NCBI GenBank assembly: GCA_042216675.1
Contig: JBDGTS010000007.1
Span: forward strand, 32,001 to 96,000
Length of the DNA stretch: 64,000 nucleotides
From: Halobacteriaceae archaeon
GTDB taxonomy: Archaea; Halobacteriota; Halobacteria; Halobacteriales; Halobacteriaceae
Reading direction: 5' to 3'
Below, piece by piece: positions 48,968 to 56,481 of the stretch; position 1 is the first letter of the stretch; each line of letters begins with the position of its first letter. The notes beneath the pieces are model-generated. The model worked only from the letters and a program-made list of their open reading frames with translations, ran no database searches and had not been told where the DNA came from. The position numbers and the translations under genes were made by a program.

Positions 48968-49381
48968 ATGTCCTCGCTCGACGGCCCGCGCGGGACCCTG
49001 CTCGCCGCCGTACTTGTCGGGACTGGCCACGCCCTCCTCGTCGCCGGCCTCACCAGTTGGTTCGGAATCGGGTGGCACTTCGACCAGCCCGGAAACTATC
49101 CGATATACGCCTACACGCTGGGCGGGATGGTCCTCGTCGGCGTGACGGCGGCCGTCACGGCCCTCCGGTATCGGCTGGTCGGGCCCGCCGTGGCCGCCGG
49201 GACCGTGCTGTTCTCCGTCGTCGCACTCACGTGGCCCTACGTCGACGAACTGCGCGCGCCCGGGTCGGAGCCGATCGACGTGGCGCTGTTCAAGTACCTG
49301 CTCCTCTGGCCGGTGGCGCTGGGCTGGGTGCTACTAGTCGGCGCCGTCGAGTACGGCGTTCGGACTCCCGCCCCGAACTGA
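48968..49381 (+). CDS. Membrane protein (about 4 TM segments)
   Basis: Hydrophobic 137-aa ORF. Confidence 0.65.
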   Translation: MSSLDGPRGTLLAAVLVGTGHALLVAGLTSWFGIGWHFDQPGNYPIYAYTLGGMVLVGVTAAVTALRYRLVGPAVAAGTVLFSVVALTWPYVDELRAPGSEPIDVALFKYLLLWPVALGWVLLVGAVEYGVRTPAPN

Positions 49382-49385
49382 GCGG

Positions 49386-50190
49386 TCAGGACTCGGCGAC
49401 GGGGGCGCTCGCGAGGCCCTGTTCCGTCGCCGACAGCGAGAGGCGCCAGCCCTCGGCGCACCGTGCCGCGTCCGCGATGCCGAACTGCTCGTCGGGCCGG
49501 CGTCGGAACACGGCCGCGGCGATGGGGAGCGTCGGCAGTCGGCCCGCCGCGGCGTCGAGCGCGTAGTCCCCGACGGCGATGCCGTCCTCGACCGTGAACT
49601 CACCGACGAGCGACGCCGTCTCCAGCGTCGACAGCGCGGCCGGGAGCGGGCCCGCGTCCGGGTCGGTGGGGGCCGGCAGGCGCGCGGCGGCGCCGCGGAG
49701 GACCCCCGCCTGTTCGGTCGGGCTGAGGCGCTCGGGTAATCTCGTCGGCGACACAGCGGAGGAGGGCCAGACAGAGGCGCTCCCGGTCGGTCACTCGCTC
49801 GGCGCGGGCGAGGTAGGCGTCCATGACCGCCGTCTCGACCCCTCGGTGGCCGTCCGCGACCAGCGTCTCGAAGACGGCCGCGACGACCCGGTGGCAGAAC
49901 TCGATGCGCGTCGGGTCGTCGAAGTCGCCGGAGCCGTGAGTCAGTCCCGCCGGCGCCTCCGAGACGATGGGCTCGTGGCGCGGCAGGCGCGGGTCGTAGC
50001 GCCGGAGCGTGGCGCGGTACTGTTCCGTCAGGACCGCCGCCTCCGCCGCCGTCTCGCGGTTCGGGAAGCGCAGGTCGGCGCTCGGGACGGGGCGCTCGCC
50101 GGTCCGCGCGCAGACGACGCGGAACGCACCGTCAGGGGTCGCCAGCGAGGCGATTTCGTTCCGGAGGTCCGTGAGCGTCCGACCCACCAT
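49386..50190 (-). pseudogene. Hypothetical gene split by a +1 frameshift near 49734-49736
   Basis: Removing one C from ATT ACC C GAG joins ...CVADEIT to ERLSPTEQAGVLRGAAARLP... as one ORF. Confidence 0.7.
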
Positions 50191-50191
50191 C

Positions 50192-50290
50192 TCAGTCGTC
50201 CTCCTCCTCGTCGCCGTGCAGGGCGAGGGCCAACCCGGCCCAGAGCGTGGCCCGGCGCCGTCGCGGCCCGCCCGGCGATTGGTCGCTCAC
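50192..50290 (-). CDS. Small ORF, 32 aa
   Basis: [32 protein letters not shown]; GGAGG upstream; stop 1 nt before the next ATG. Confidence 0.35.
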   Translation of the reverse strand: MSDQSPGGPRRRRATLWAGLALALHGDEEEDD

Positions 50291-50346
50291 CGTCGTCCCT
50301 CCGACAGTCGGGGTTCGGTTGTCGCGCGTGACGCGATGGGGCTCAT
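50287..50346 (-). CDS. Small leader ORF, 19 aa
   Basis: MSPIASRATTEPRLSEGRR; ATG abuts the palindrome; GTGA overlap with the next small ORF. Confidence 0.3.
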   Translation of the reverse strand: MSPIASRATTEPRLSEGRR

Positions 50347-50347
50347 G

Positions 50348-50369
50348 TCTTTTAGGCTGGCCTAAAAGA
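50348..50369. promoter_or_regulatory. DtxR-family (iron-box-like) operator
   Basis: Perfect 10-bp arms TCTTTTAGGC-tg-GCCTAAAAGA with a TTAGG-N4-CCTAA core. Confidence 0.7.
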
Positions 50370-50371
50370 AC

Positions 50372-50809
50372 CTAAACCTTTCCCTCCGCGTCGAGTTCGT
50401 CGAAGAGGCCGGCCACGCGGGCCTCCACGTCGTCCCGAATCGCCGCGACGGTCTCGGGGTCCGCTCCGTCCGGGTCGGCGAGGTCCCAGTCACGGTTCTC
50501 CCCGGCGAGGCCGGCGGGACAGGCCTCCTCGACCGAACAGCCCATCGTGACCACGTAGTCGGCGCCCCGGAGTTCAGCCGCCGATACTTCGCGGGGCGTA
50601 CGGTCCGAGAGGTCGATGCCCACCTCCCGCATCGCGGCGACGACTTCCGGGTGGACGTGGTCGGCCGGGCGCGTGCCGCCGGTCACGAGGGTCACGTCCG
50701 CGTCTCGTTTCGCCCGCTCCCGCTCGGCAAAGGCGTACGCCATCTGTGAGCGCCCCGCGTTCTGCACGCACACGAACGCGACGGTTGGACGGTCAGTCTG
50801 CGGTGGCAA
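50372..50809 (-). CDS. arsC: LMW-PTP-family arsenate reductase
   Basis: CVQNAGRS, VTMGC, ACP, WDLADP; downstream of acr3. Confidence 0.88.
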   Translation of the reverse strand: MPPQTDRPTVAFVCVQNAGRSQMAYAFAERERAKRDADVTLVTGGTRPADHVHPEVVAAMREVGIDLSDRTPREVSAAELRGADYVVTMGCSVEEACPAGLAGENRDWDLADPDGADPETVAAIRDDVEARVAGLFDELDAEGKV

Positions 50810-51842
50810 CGCCGCTCACCCCCGTGTCGACGTCGAACAGACGGCCCTTCGTCGCCAGCGCCACCCGGACGAGAGCGAGCATCACCGGCACCTCGATGAG
50901 CGGTCCGACGACGGTGGCGAGTGCGACGTTGCTGCCGACGCCGAAGACGGCCACCGCGACGGCGATGGCCAACTCGAAGTTGTTCGAGGCGGCCGTGAAC
51001 GCGAGACTCACGCTCTCCGCGTAGTCGAAGCCGAGGAGCGCTCCCGCGCCGTAGGCGACGGCCCAGATGCCCGCGAAGAAGACGAACAGGGGGACCGCGA
51101 TGAGGAGAATCTGTTCGGGATGCGCGAGGATGTACTCCCCCTTCAGCGCGAACATCACGACGACGGTGAACAGCAGTCCGAGCAGACCGAGCGGACTGAT
51201 TCGAGGAATGATTCGGCCGTAGTACGCCTCGCGGCCCACCGTACGGAAGGCGACCCGTTGGGCGAGAACGCCCGCGAGAAGCGGGAGGCCGAGGAACACC
51301 CCGACCATCTGGGCGACGAGCGTCGTCGACACGGCCACCGTCGTCTCCCGGAGGACCGTGAGAAAGAGGACGGCGTAGGGCACGAACAGCGCGATTTGGA
51401 GGAGGCTGTTGACACCGACGCAGACCGCGCACATCTCCTGATTTCCGGCGGCGAGGTCGTTCCAGACTAGCACCATCGCGATGCAGGGCGCGATGCCGAC
51501 GATGATGAGGCCAGTCACGAATTCCGGGTGCCCGCGGAGCAAGGTGACGGCGAGGCCGTACATCACGACGGGTGCCACGAGCCAGTTGAACGCGAGCGTC
51601 AGGCCGATTTCGCGGCGCGCCGTCCGCGTGACGCGGGGGATGCGCCTGTAGTCGATTTCGGCCATGATGGGCGCGATCATCACGAACAGGCCGACGGCGA
51701 TGGGGAGATTGGTCCCGTGCCACGTCACCGCGTTCAGGGACTCCACGACCCCGGGCGCGACGCGGCCGAGGACGACGCCGAGGACCATCGCCAGCCCGAT
51801 CCAGAGCGTGAGAAACCGGTCGAGCAGCGACAGGTCGCTCAC
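50793..51842 (-). CDS. acr3: Arsenite efflux permease Acr3
   Basis: LDRFLTLWI, APCIAMVLVW, ASNNFELAIAVA, GPLIEVPVM. Confidence 0.95.
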   Translation of the reverse strand: MSDLSLLDRFLTLWIGLAMVLGVVLGRVAPGVVESLNAVTWHGTNLPIAVGLFVMIAPIMAEIDYRRIPRVTRTARREIGLTLAFNWLVAPVVMYGLAVTLLRGHPEFVTGLIIVGIAPCIAMVLVWNDLAAGNQEMCAVCVGVNSLLQIALFVPYAVLFLTVLRETTVAVSTTLVAQMVGVFLGLPLLAGVLAQRVAFRTVGREAYYGRIIPRISPLGLLGLLFTVVVMFALKGEYILAHPEQILLIAVPLFVFFAGIWAVAYGAGALLGFDYAESVSLAFTAASNNFELAIAVAVAVFGVGSNVALATVVGPLIEVPVMLALVRVALATKGRLFDVDTGVSGVATAD

Positions 51843-52213
51843 GCGTTCCCCTCCGCGGCCGCGAACAGGTCTGCGGCGAGGGACGTCGCCGCGTAGTAGC
51901 GCCAGTTCCCGTCCTTGCGACGCGTGACGAGGCCGGCGTCCACGAGGTCAGAGAGCGCGTGGCTGACGGCGCTCTCGCTCACGTCCACCAGCGCTTCGAG
52001 TTCACAGACACAGCGCTCGCCGTCGCTCGCGACGAGGGCGCGCGCGAGTCGGTACCGCGTCTCGTCGCCGAGGGCGGCAAACACCGGCCACACGGCGTCG
52101 GCCGCGAACGCGTCCGTGAGTTCGTCGAGTTCATCCAGTCGGCGCTCCACGTCCGCGTCACAGCAGTCGCCGAGTTCGTCCGCGAGGAGGCGTTCCAGTC
52201 TCGACTCTGTCAT
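51839..52213 (-). CDS. arsR: ArsR-family transcriptional repressor
   Basis: N-terminal CC, ALGDETR, RCVCEL, SAVSHAL, GNWRYY. Confidence 0.9.
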   Translation of the reverse strand: MTESRLERLLADELGDCCDADVERRLDELDELTDAFAADAVWPVFAALGDETRYRLARALVASDGERCVCELEALVDVSESAVSHALSDLVDAGLVTRRKDGNWRYYAATSLAADLFAAAEGNA

Positions 52214-52221
52214 GGCTCCTG

Positions 52222-52270
52222 ATTGAATCAGCGTTCAGATAGTTCTACCGATGTGAATTCTGATTCAGAT
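52222..52270. promoter_or_regulatory. Tandem palindromic operator upstream of arsR
   Basis: TGAA-N6-TTCAGAT at 52224 and 52254, 30 bp apart. Confidence 0.6.
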
Positions 52271-52290
52271 GAAAGCAAAGAAAACCGCCC

Positions 52291-53310
52291 TCAGAGACCG
52301 AAGTCGAGGCCGACGCCGAGCGACTCGTTCGTCGTCTCGCGGCTCTCAGCGGCCGGCATCGCGTCCGAGACGGCCCGAATCGCGTCGACGTTCTCCGGCA
52401 CCACGTCGCTCTCCTGGTGGACCGCCTGAAACAGGTAGAGGTCGCGGCCCGCGACGGCGATGGAGTCCGCCCAGAGCGCCGCCTCCCACACGTCGCCGCG
52501 CGGGCGGCCCACGTCGAGGGCGTACTCCTTGAGCGCCGCGCATCCCGCGAAGTCGGCCTCGCCGGGCACCATCGCGATGCGGTCCTCGTCGGCCAGAATG
52601 TTCCGTACTTCCTCGGCGGTGGGGGCGTCCGCGAAGGTGACGTTCAGGCTCTGGAGATGCATCAGCGTCGCGGGCACCTTCACGCCCGCCGTCTCGATTT
52701 CGAGGTCCGGAAGCACTGTCTTCACGTCCTCGCCGTGGTGGGACGGCATCGAGATGGGGTCCGGCAGGATGTCGTTGATGGGGCCTCGGTCCGGCTGATT
52801 CGGGTCGCCGCCGCGGCGGATGATGGTCCCGCGCGCCTTCTCCACCTCGAAGTGTTCGGTGAGGGGCGTCAGCGTGCGGGACATCGCCGTCGTGTTGCAG
52901 GAGACGACGCGCACCGAGTCGGCGCCCATCGCCCGGTCGAAGGAGGCCCGGGCGTTGAAGCTCACCTCGGCCACGTCGGCGTCTTCCCCGCCCTGAAACA
53001 CCGCGGGCGTGTCGTGCTCGCGGTACAGTTGGCTGTACTGTGCGCCGACGCCGGCCGGCGTCGCGTCCACGATGACGTCGCTGTCGTCTACGAGGTCCGC
53101 GACGACGCCCATCGGGTCGACGGGTGAGTCCGAGAACCGCTCGACGCCCTCCGCGGCGTACACGTCGATGCCCGACTGGCTGGCCGTCCGGGCCTCGAAG
53201 TTCGGCGAGCGCTTGGCGACGCCCGTGAGTTCCATGTCCGGTTGCTCGACGACGGCGTCGGCGACGCGCTTGCCGATGGTGCCGTAGCCGTTGATGCCGA
53301 CGCGAATCAT
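52291..53310 (-). CDS. gap: Archaeal type II glyceraldehyde-3-phosphate dehydrogenase
   Basis: INGYGTIGKRVADAV, FQGGE, RVVSCNTT, SHHG.DV, HQESDVVPENVDAIRA. Confidence 0.93.
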   Translation of the reverse strand: MIRVGINGYGTIGKRVADAVVEQPDMELTGVAKRSPNFEARTASQSGIDVYAAEGVERFSDSPVDPMGVVADLVDDSDVIVDATPAGVGAQYSQLYREHDTPAVFQGGEDADVAEVSFNARASFDRAMGADSVRVVSCNTTAMSRTLTPLTEHFEVEKARGTIIRRGGDPNQPDRGPINDILPDPISMPSHHGEDVKTVLPDLEIETAGVKVPATLMHLQSLNVTFADAPTAEEVRNILADEDRIAMVPGEADFAGCAALKEYALDVGRPRGDVWEAALWADSIAVAGRDLYLFQAVHQESDVVPENVDAIRAVSDAMPAAESRETTNESLGVGLDFGL

Positions 53311-54146
53311 CGCGCGACACCCCCTTCGAGGCAGTCGATGAGGTCACGGTTCCCGACGTGGACCGGGACGCGCTGATGGAGGTCGGTCGGCTCCACGTCC
53401 AGAATCGAGCCGTGTCCGGTCGAAGAGACGCCGCCCGCCGTCTCGACGACGTACGCGACGGGATTCGCCTCGAACTGGAGGCGGAGTTTCCCTGCTGGCC
53501 GCCCCGACAGCGCGGGGTACGCGAAGATGCCGCCGTTCGTGACGACCTGATTCACGTCCGCGACGAGCGCGCCGGCGTACCGCAGTTTCAGTTCCCGGCG
53601 CACCGACTCCGCGTACTCCGCGAAGGCGGGTTGCCAGTCGTCGACGCCGCCGCCGAAGCCGAACACCGTCGGCTCCTCGGGGATGGTCACGTCCTCGCGC
53701 ATCGCCTCGCGGCCGTCCTCGGTGACGAGGTACTCGGTCACGTCGTCCTCGCGCGCGACGAGCATCGTCGTCCGCGGGCCGTAGAGGACGTAGCCCGCGG
53801 CGACGAGGTCCCGTCCCAGCGCCGGGAGCGATGCGTCGTAGACGCCGACGATGGTACCCACGGGACCGTTCGCGGGCAGGTTCGACGAGCCATCGAGGGG
53901 GTCGACGGCGACGGCGTAGCCCTCGCCCGTGTCCAGCGGTTCGTCTCGCTCCTCGCTGGCGTAGGTACCGACGGAGTCGAGGGCGCCGAGTCGCTCCGCG
54001 AAGCGCTCGTCCGCGGCCACGTCGGCCGCGAGCTGTCGCTCGCCGCTCGGGTTCTCGCCGTCGCGATAGCCCCGTCGTTCGGCCAGCAGGGTCCGCATCG
54101 CCGACGCTTCCTCGGTCACCGCATCGAAGATGTCCGTGACCGTCAT
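53307..54146 (-). CDS. fbp: Class I fructose-1,6-bisphosphatase
   Basis: NPSGE, ASEE, DPLDGSSN, LRYAGALVAD, GKLRLQFE; start at ATG 54146. Confidence 0.92.
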   Translation of the reverse strand: MTVTDIFDAVTEEASAMRTLLAERRGYRDGENPSGERQLAADVAADERFAERLGALDSVGTYASEERDEPLDTGEGYAVAVDPLDGSSNLPANGPVGTIVGVYDASLPALGRDLVAAGYVLYGPRTTMLVAREDDVTEYLVTEDGREAMREDVTIPEEPTVFGFGGGVDDWQPAFAEYAESVRRELKLRYAGALVADVNQVVTNGGIFAYPALSGRPAGKLRLQFEANPVAYVVETAGGVSSTGHGSILDVEPTDLHQRVPVHVGNRDLIDCLEGGVAR

Positions 54147-54937
54147 CGTGTGGCGTCGAGTGCTGTCTCCGCGTCCTCCTCCTCGAAGATGACGCGCTCG
54201 AGGGCGTCGAGGATGGGCTTGGGGTTCTCGCGTTGCCAGACGTTGCGTCCGACGGCGAGGCCGGCCCCGCCCGCGTCGATGACGGCCTCGACGTATTCGA
54301 GGAACTGCCTGTCGTCGGTCTTCGACCCGCCGGACATCACGACTTTCGCCTCGCCCGCGGCGTCGACGGCCCACTCCATCGCCTCGGGACTGCCGGGATA
54401 CTTCACCTTCGCAATATCCGCGCCGAGTTCGAGGGCGATGCGGGACGCGTAGGCAATCGTCTCGTCCGCGGTGTCGTTTTTGAGGCCCTGCCCGCGGGGG
54501 TAAGACCACATTACGACCGGCAAGTCGTGGTCGCGGGCGCTCTCCTGCACGCCCCGGAAGTCCTCGTACATCTCCGGTTCGCGGTTCGACCCGGAGTAGA
54601 GCGTGTAACCGACGGCGTCGGCGCCGAGTTCCTCGGCGTAGTCCACCGACCAGTTCTGGGGGGAGTACGGCTCGCCCATCCAGAGGTTCGACGTCCCGTT
54701 GAGTTTCGCCACCAGCGCAACGTCGTCCTCGTAGGACGGGTAGTACGTCTCCGCGACGCCCTTCTGGACCGCGACGCCGGTGACGGCGTCGTGGGTCGTC
54801 AACTCGAACACCGTCTCCGGGTCGAGCGTCTCGGGCACCGGTTCGAAGTCCGACGGCCCGTGTTCGAGGCCGTGGTCCATCGCGAGAATCAGCGTCTTCC
54901 CGTCCCGCGTGAGATCCGAGTCGGTCAGGGGGAGCAT
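54143..54937 (-). CDS. fba: DhnA-type class I fructose-bisphosphate aldolase
   Basis: LAMDHGLEHGP, WSYPRG, LGADIAKVKYPG, SGG, AVGRNVWQ. Confidence 0.92.
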   Translation of the reverse strand: MLPLTDSDLTRDGKTLILAMDHGLEHGPSDFEPVPETLDPETVFELTTHDAVTGVAVQKGVAETYYPSYEDDVALVAKLNGTSNLWMGEPYSPQNWSVDYAEELGADAVGYTLYSGSNREPEMYEDFRGVQESARDHDLPVVMWSYPRGQGLKNDTADETIAYASRIALELGADIAKVKYPGSPEAMEWAVDAAGEAKVVMSGGSKTDDRQFLEYVEAVIDAGGAGLAVGRNVWQRENPKPILDALERVIFEEEDAETALDATR

Positions 54938-55069
54938 TCACTCATCTGTTCGGGCAATCCGAATATAAATGGACCGGTCCAGCACGGAACGAGGATTTCA
55001 CCCGGGAGAGGTCACGAGAGCGACGATACCGGGAGTGTAGGAGGTAGCGGGCCTGAAGCGGCAGAATTG

Positions 55070-55089
55070 TTTACTCGCCTTTCGGTAAA
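55070..55089. promoter_or_regulatory. Candidate TrmB-type site upstream of fba
   Basis: TTTACT-N7-CGGTAAA resembles the haloarchaeal TrmB motif TACT-N7/8-GAGTA. Confidence 0.4.
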
Positions 55090-55162
55090 TCCTGTGGGGA
55101 AACAGTCACTCGGACTAGTGTTTGAGAAAGCTTTATATCGGGGGATTGCGACAGTTCACACG

Positions 55163-55291
55163 ATGCCTACAGTGACCATTCCGGAGAATCTCTACCGGCA
55201 ACTCGAGGACGCGGCCGATGGCGGAGAACTAGACGACGCCATGTGGGAGATGGTCCACGCCTACCAGCAGAAATACGATCCCGCGGAGTAA
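55163..55291 (+). CDS. 42-aa acidic small protein, ribbon-helix-helix-like
   Basis: MPTVTIPENLYRQLEDAADGGELDDAMWEMVHAYQQKYDPAE; TATA-like ctttatat about 25-30 nt upstream. Confidence 0.65.
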   Translation: MPTVTIPENLYRQLEDAADGGELDDAMWEMVHAYQQKYDPAE

Positions 55292-55292
55292 C

Positions 55293-56327
55293 TCACTCTT
55301 CTGCGAACCGGAACACCGGCTTCACCGTGCGGGAGTCGAGGAAGTCCTCGAACGCGGTTTTCGGGTCGTCCACGGAGTAGTCCGTGTCCATAATCGGCTC
55401 CGGGTCCACCGACCCGTTCTCGAGGAGTCGGAGCGCCTGTTCGAAGTTGCGCCACGTCGAGCCATACGACGTGTTGAGGTCGACTTCGCCGCGCACTAGC
55501 GGCGTCATGAACACTTCGCTCGGCTCACCGGGGAGACCGACGACGACGATTTGGCCGCCTTTGCGGACCACGTCGACGGCCTGTTCGACACCGGAGTGAT
55601 GGCCGGTCGTGTCGAAGACGCGGTCGAAGTTCTTCCCGTTGGTGAACGCTTCGGTGCGCGCTTCGAGGTCGTTCTCCTGAATGTCCACCGTCTCGACGTC
55701 GATGTCGTCGAGGAGGGGGAAGCGGTGTTCGGTGTCCTTCGACAGGCCGGCGACGAGGACGTTCGCCCCGATGGAGTCGGCGACAGCGGCGACGAGGACG
55801 CCGATGGGACCCGGACCGAAGACGAGGACGTCCTCGCCGGGCACCGTCTCGGACTGTTCGAGGACGGCGCGCGTCGCGATGCTCAGCGGTTCGGTGATGG
55901 CCGCGTAGCCGAGGTCGAGTTCCTCGGGGACGTGGTGGAGATGCTCCGCCGCGACGTTGTTGTACTCCCGGTAGGCACCGTCGCGGTGCATGCCCGTGAT
56001 GGAGAAGTTCTGGCAGACGTTGGGCTGGCCGTTCTTGCACTGGAAGCACTCGCCGCAGTCGTGAATCGGCTCCTCGACGACCTTGTCGCCCACCTCGAAG
56101 TTCGTCACGTCGTCACCGACTTCGACGACTTCGCCCGAGTACTCGTGGCCCATGATGCGCGGCATCTGGATCCACTCGTAGCCACCCTCGTACGTGTACG
56201 CGTGCGCGTCACTGCCGCAGACGCCGGCGGTGTGGACCTTCACCAGCACCTCGTCGTCGGCGGGTTCCGGCCGCTCGCGCTCCTGTACTTCGATTTCGCG
56301 CGCCCCTGTCTGCACGATGGATTTCAT
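55293..56327 (-). CDS. Zinc-dependent MDR-family dehydrogenase (sugar/polyol)
   Basis: CGSDAH, GHEYSG, CGECFQC..C, GPGPIG. Confidence 0.9.
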   Translation of the reverse strand: MKSIVQTGAREIEVQERERPEPADDEVLVKVHTAGVCGSDAHAYTYEGGYEWIQMPRIMGHEYSGEVVEVGDDVTNFEVGDKVVEEPIHDCGECFQCKNGQPNVCQNFSITGMHRDGAYREYNNVAAEHLHHVPEELDLGYAAITEPLSIATRAVLEQSETVPGEDVLVFGPGPIGVLVAAVADSIGANVLVAGLSKDTEHRFPLLDDIDVETVDIQENDLEARTEAFTNGKNFDRVFDTTGHHSGVEQAVDVVRKGGQIVVVGLPGEPSEVFMTPLVRGEVDLNTSYGSTWRNFEQALRLLENGSVDPEPIMDTDYSVDDPKTAFEDFLDSRTVKPVFRFAEE

Positions 56328-56414
56328 CGAGCGAAACTCGGCTTCGTCCGCCCATAACCCTTGGGGGTTCGGCCGCGACTGCCGCGGCGTCGGACGGCGG
56401 CCCGTCGGAGTAGG

Positions 56415-56431
56415 TACTCGCTTCCGGAGAA
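56415..56431. promoter_or_regulatory. Candidate TrmB site upstream of ppsA
   Basis: TACT-N8-GAGAA, one mismatch to TACT-N8-GAGTA. Confidence 0.45.
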
Positions 56432-56481
56432 ATCGCTCCATCACAACCTATATTCTCGCCACCCTCGAATGACTGGCTACA

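Noticed and set aside
50372-53310. GAPDH next to the ars operon, suggesting a GAPDH/ArsJ arsenate system
   Set aside because: No ArsJ-type MFS gene is present. gap is coupled to fba-fbp and followed by a T-rich tract, and arsR has its own operator.
53307-54941. Apparent 544-aa extended FBPase
   Set aside because: The upstream part is an off-frame read of fba; FBPase starts at 54146.
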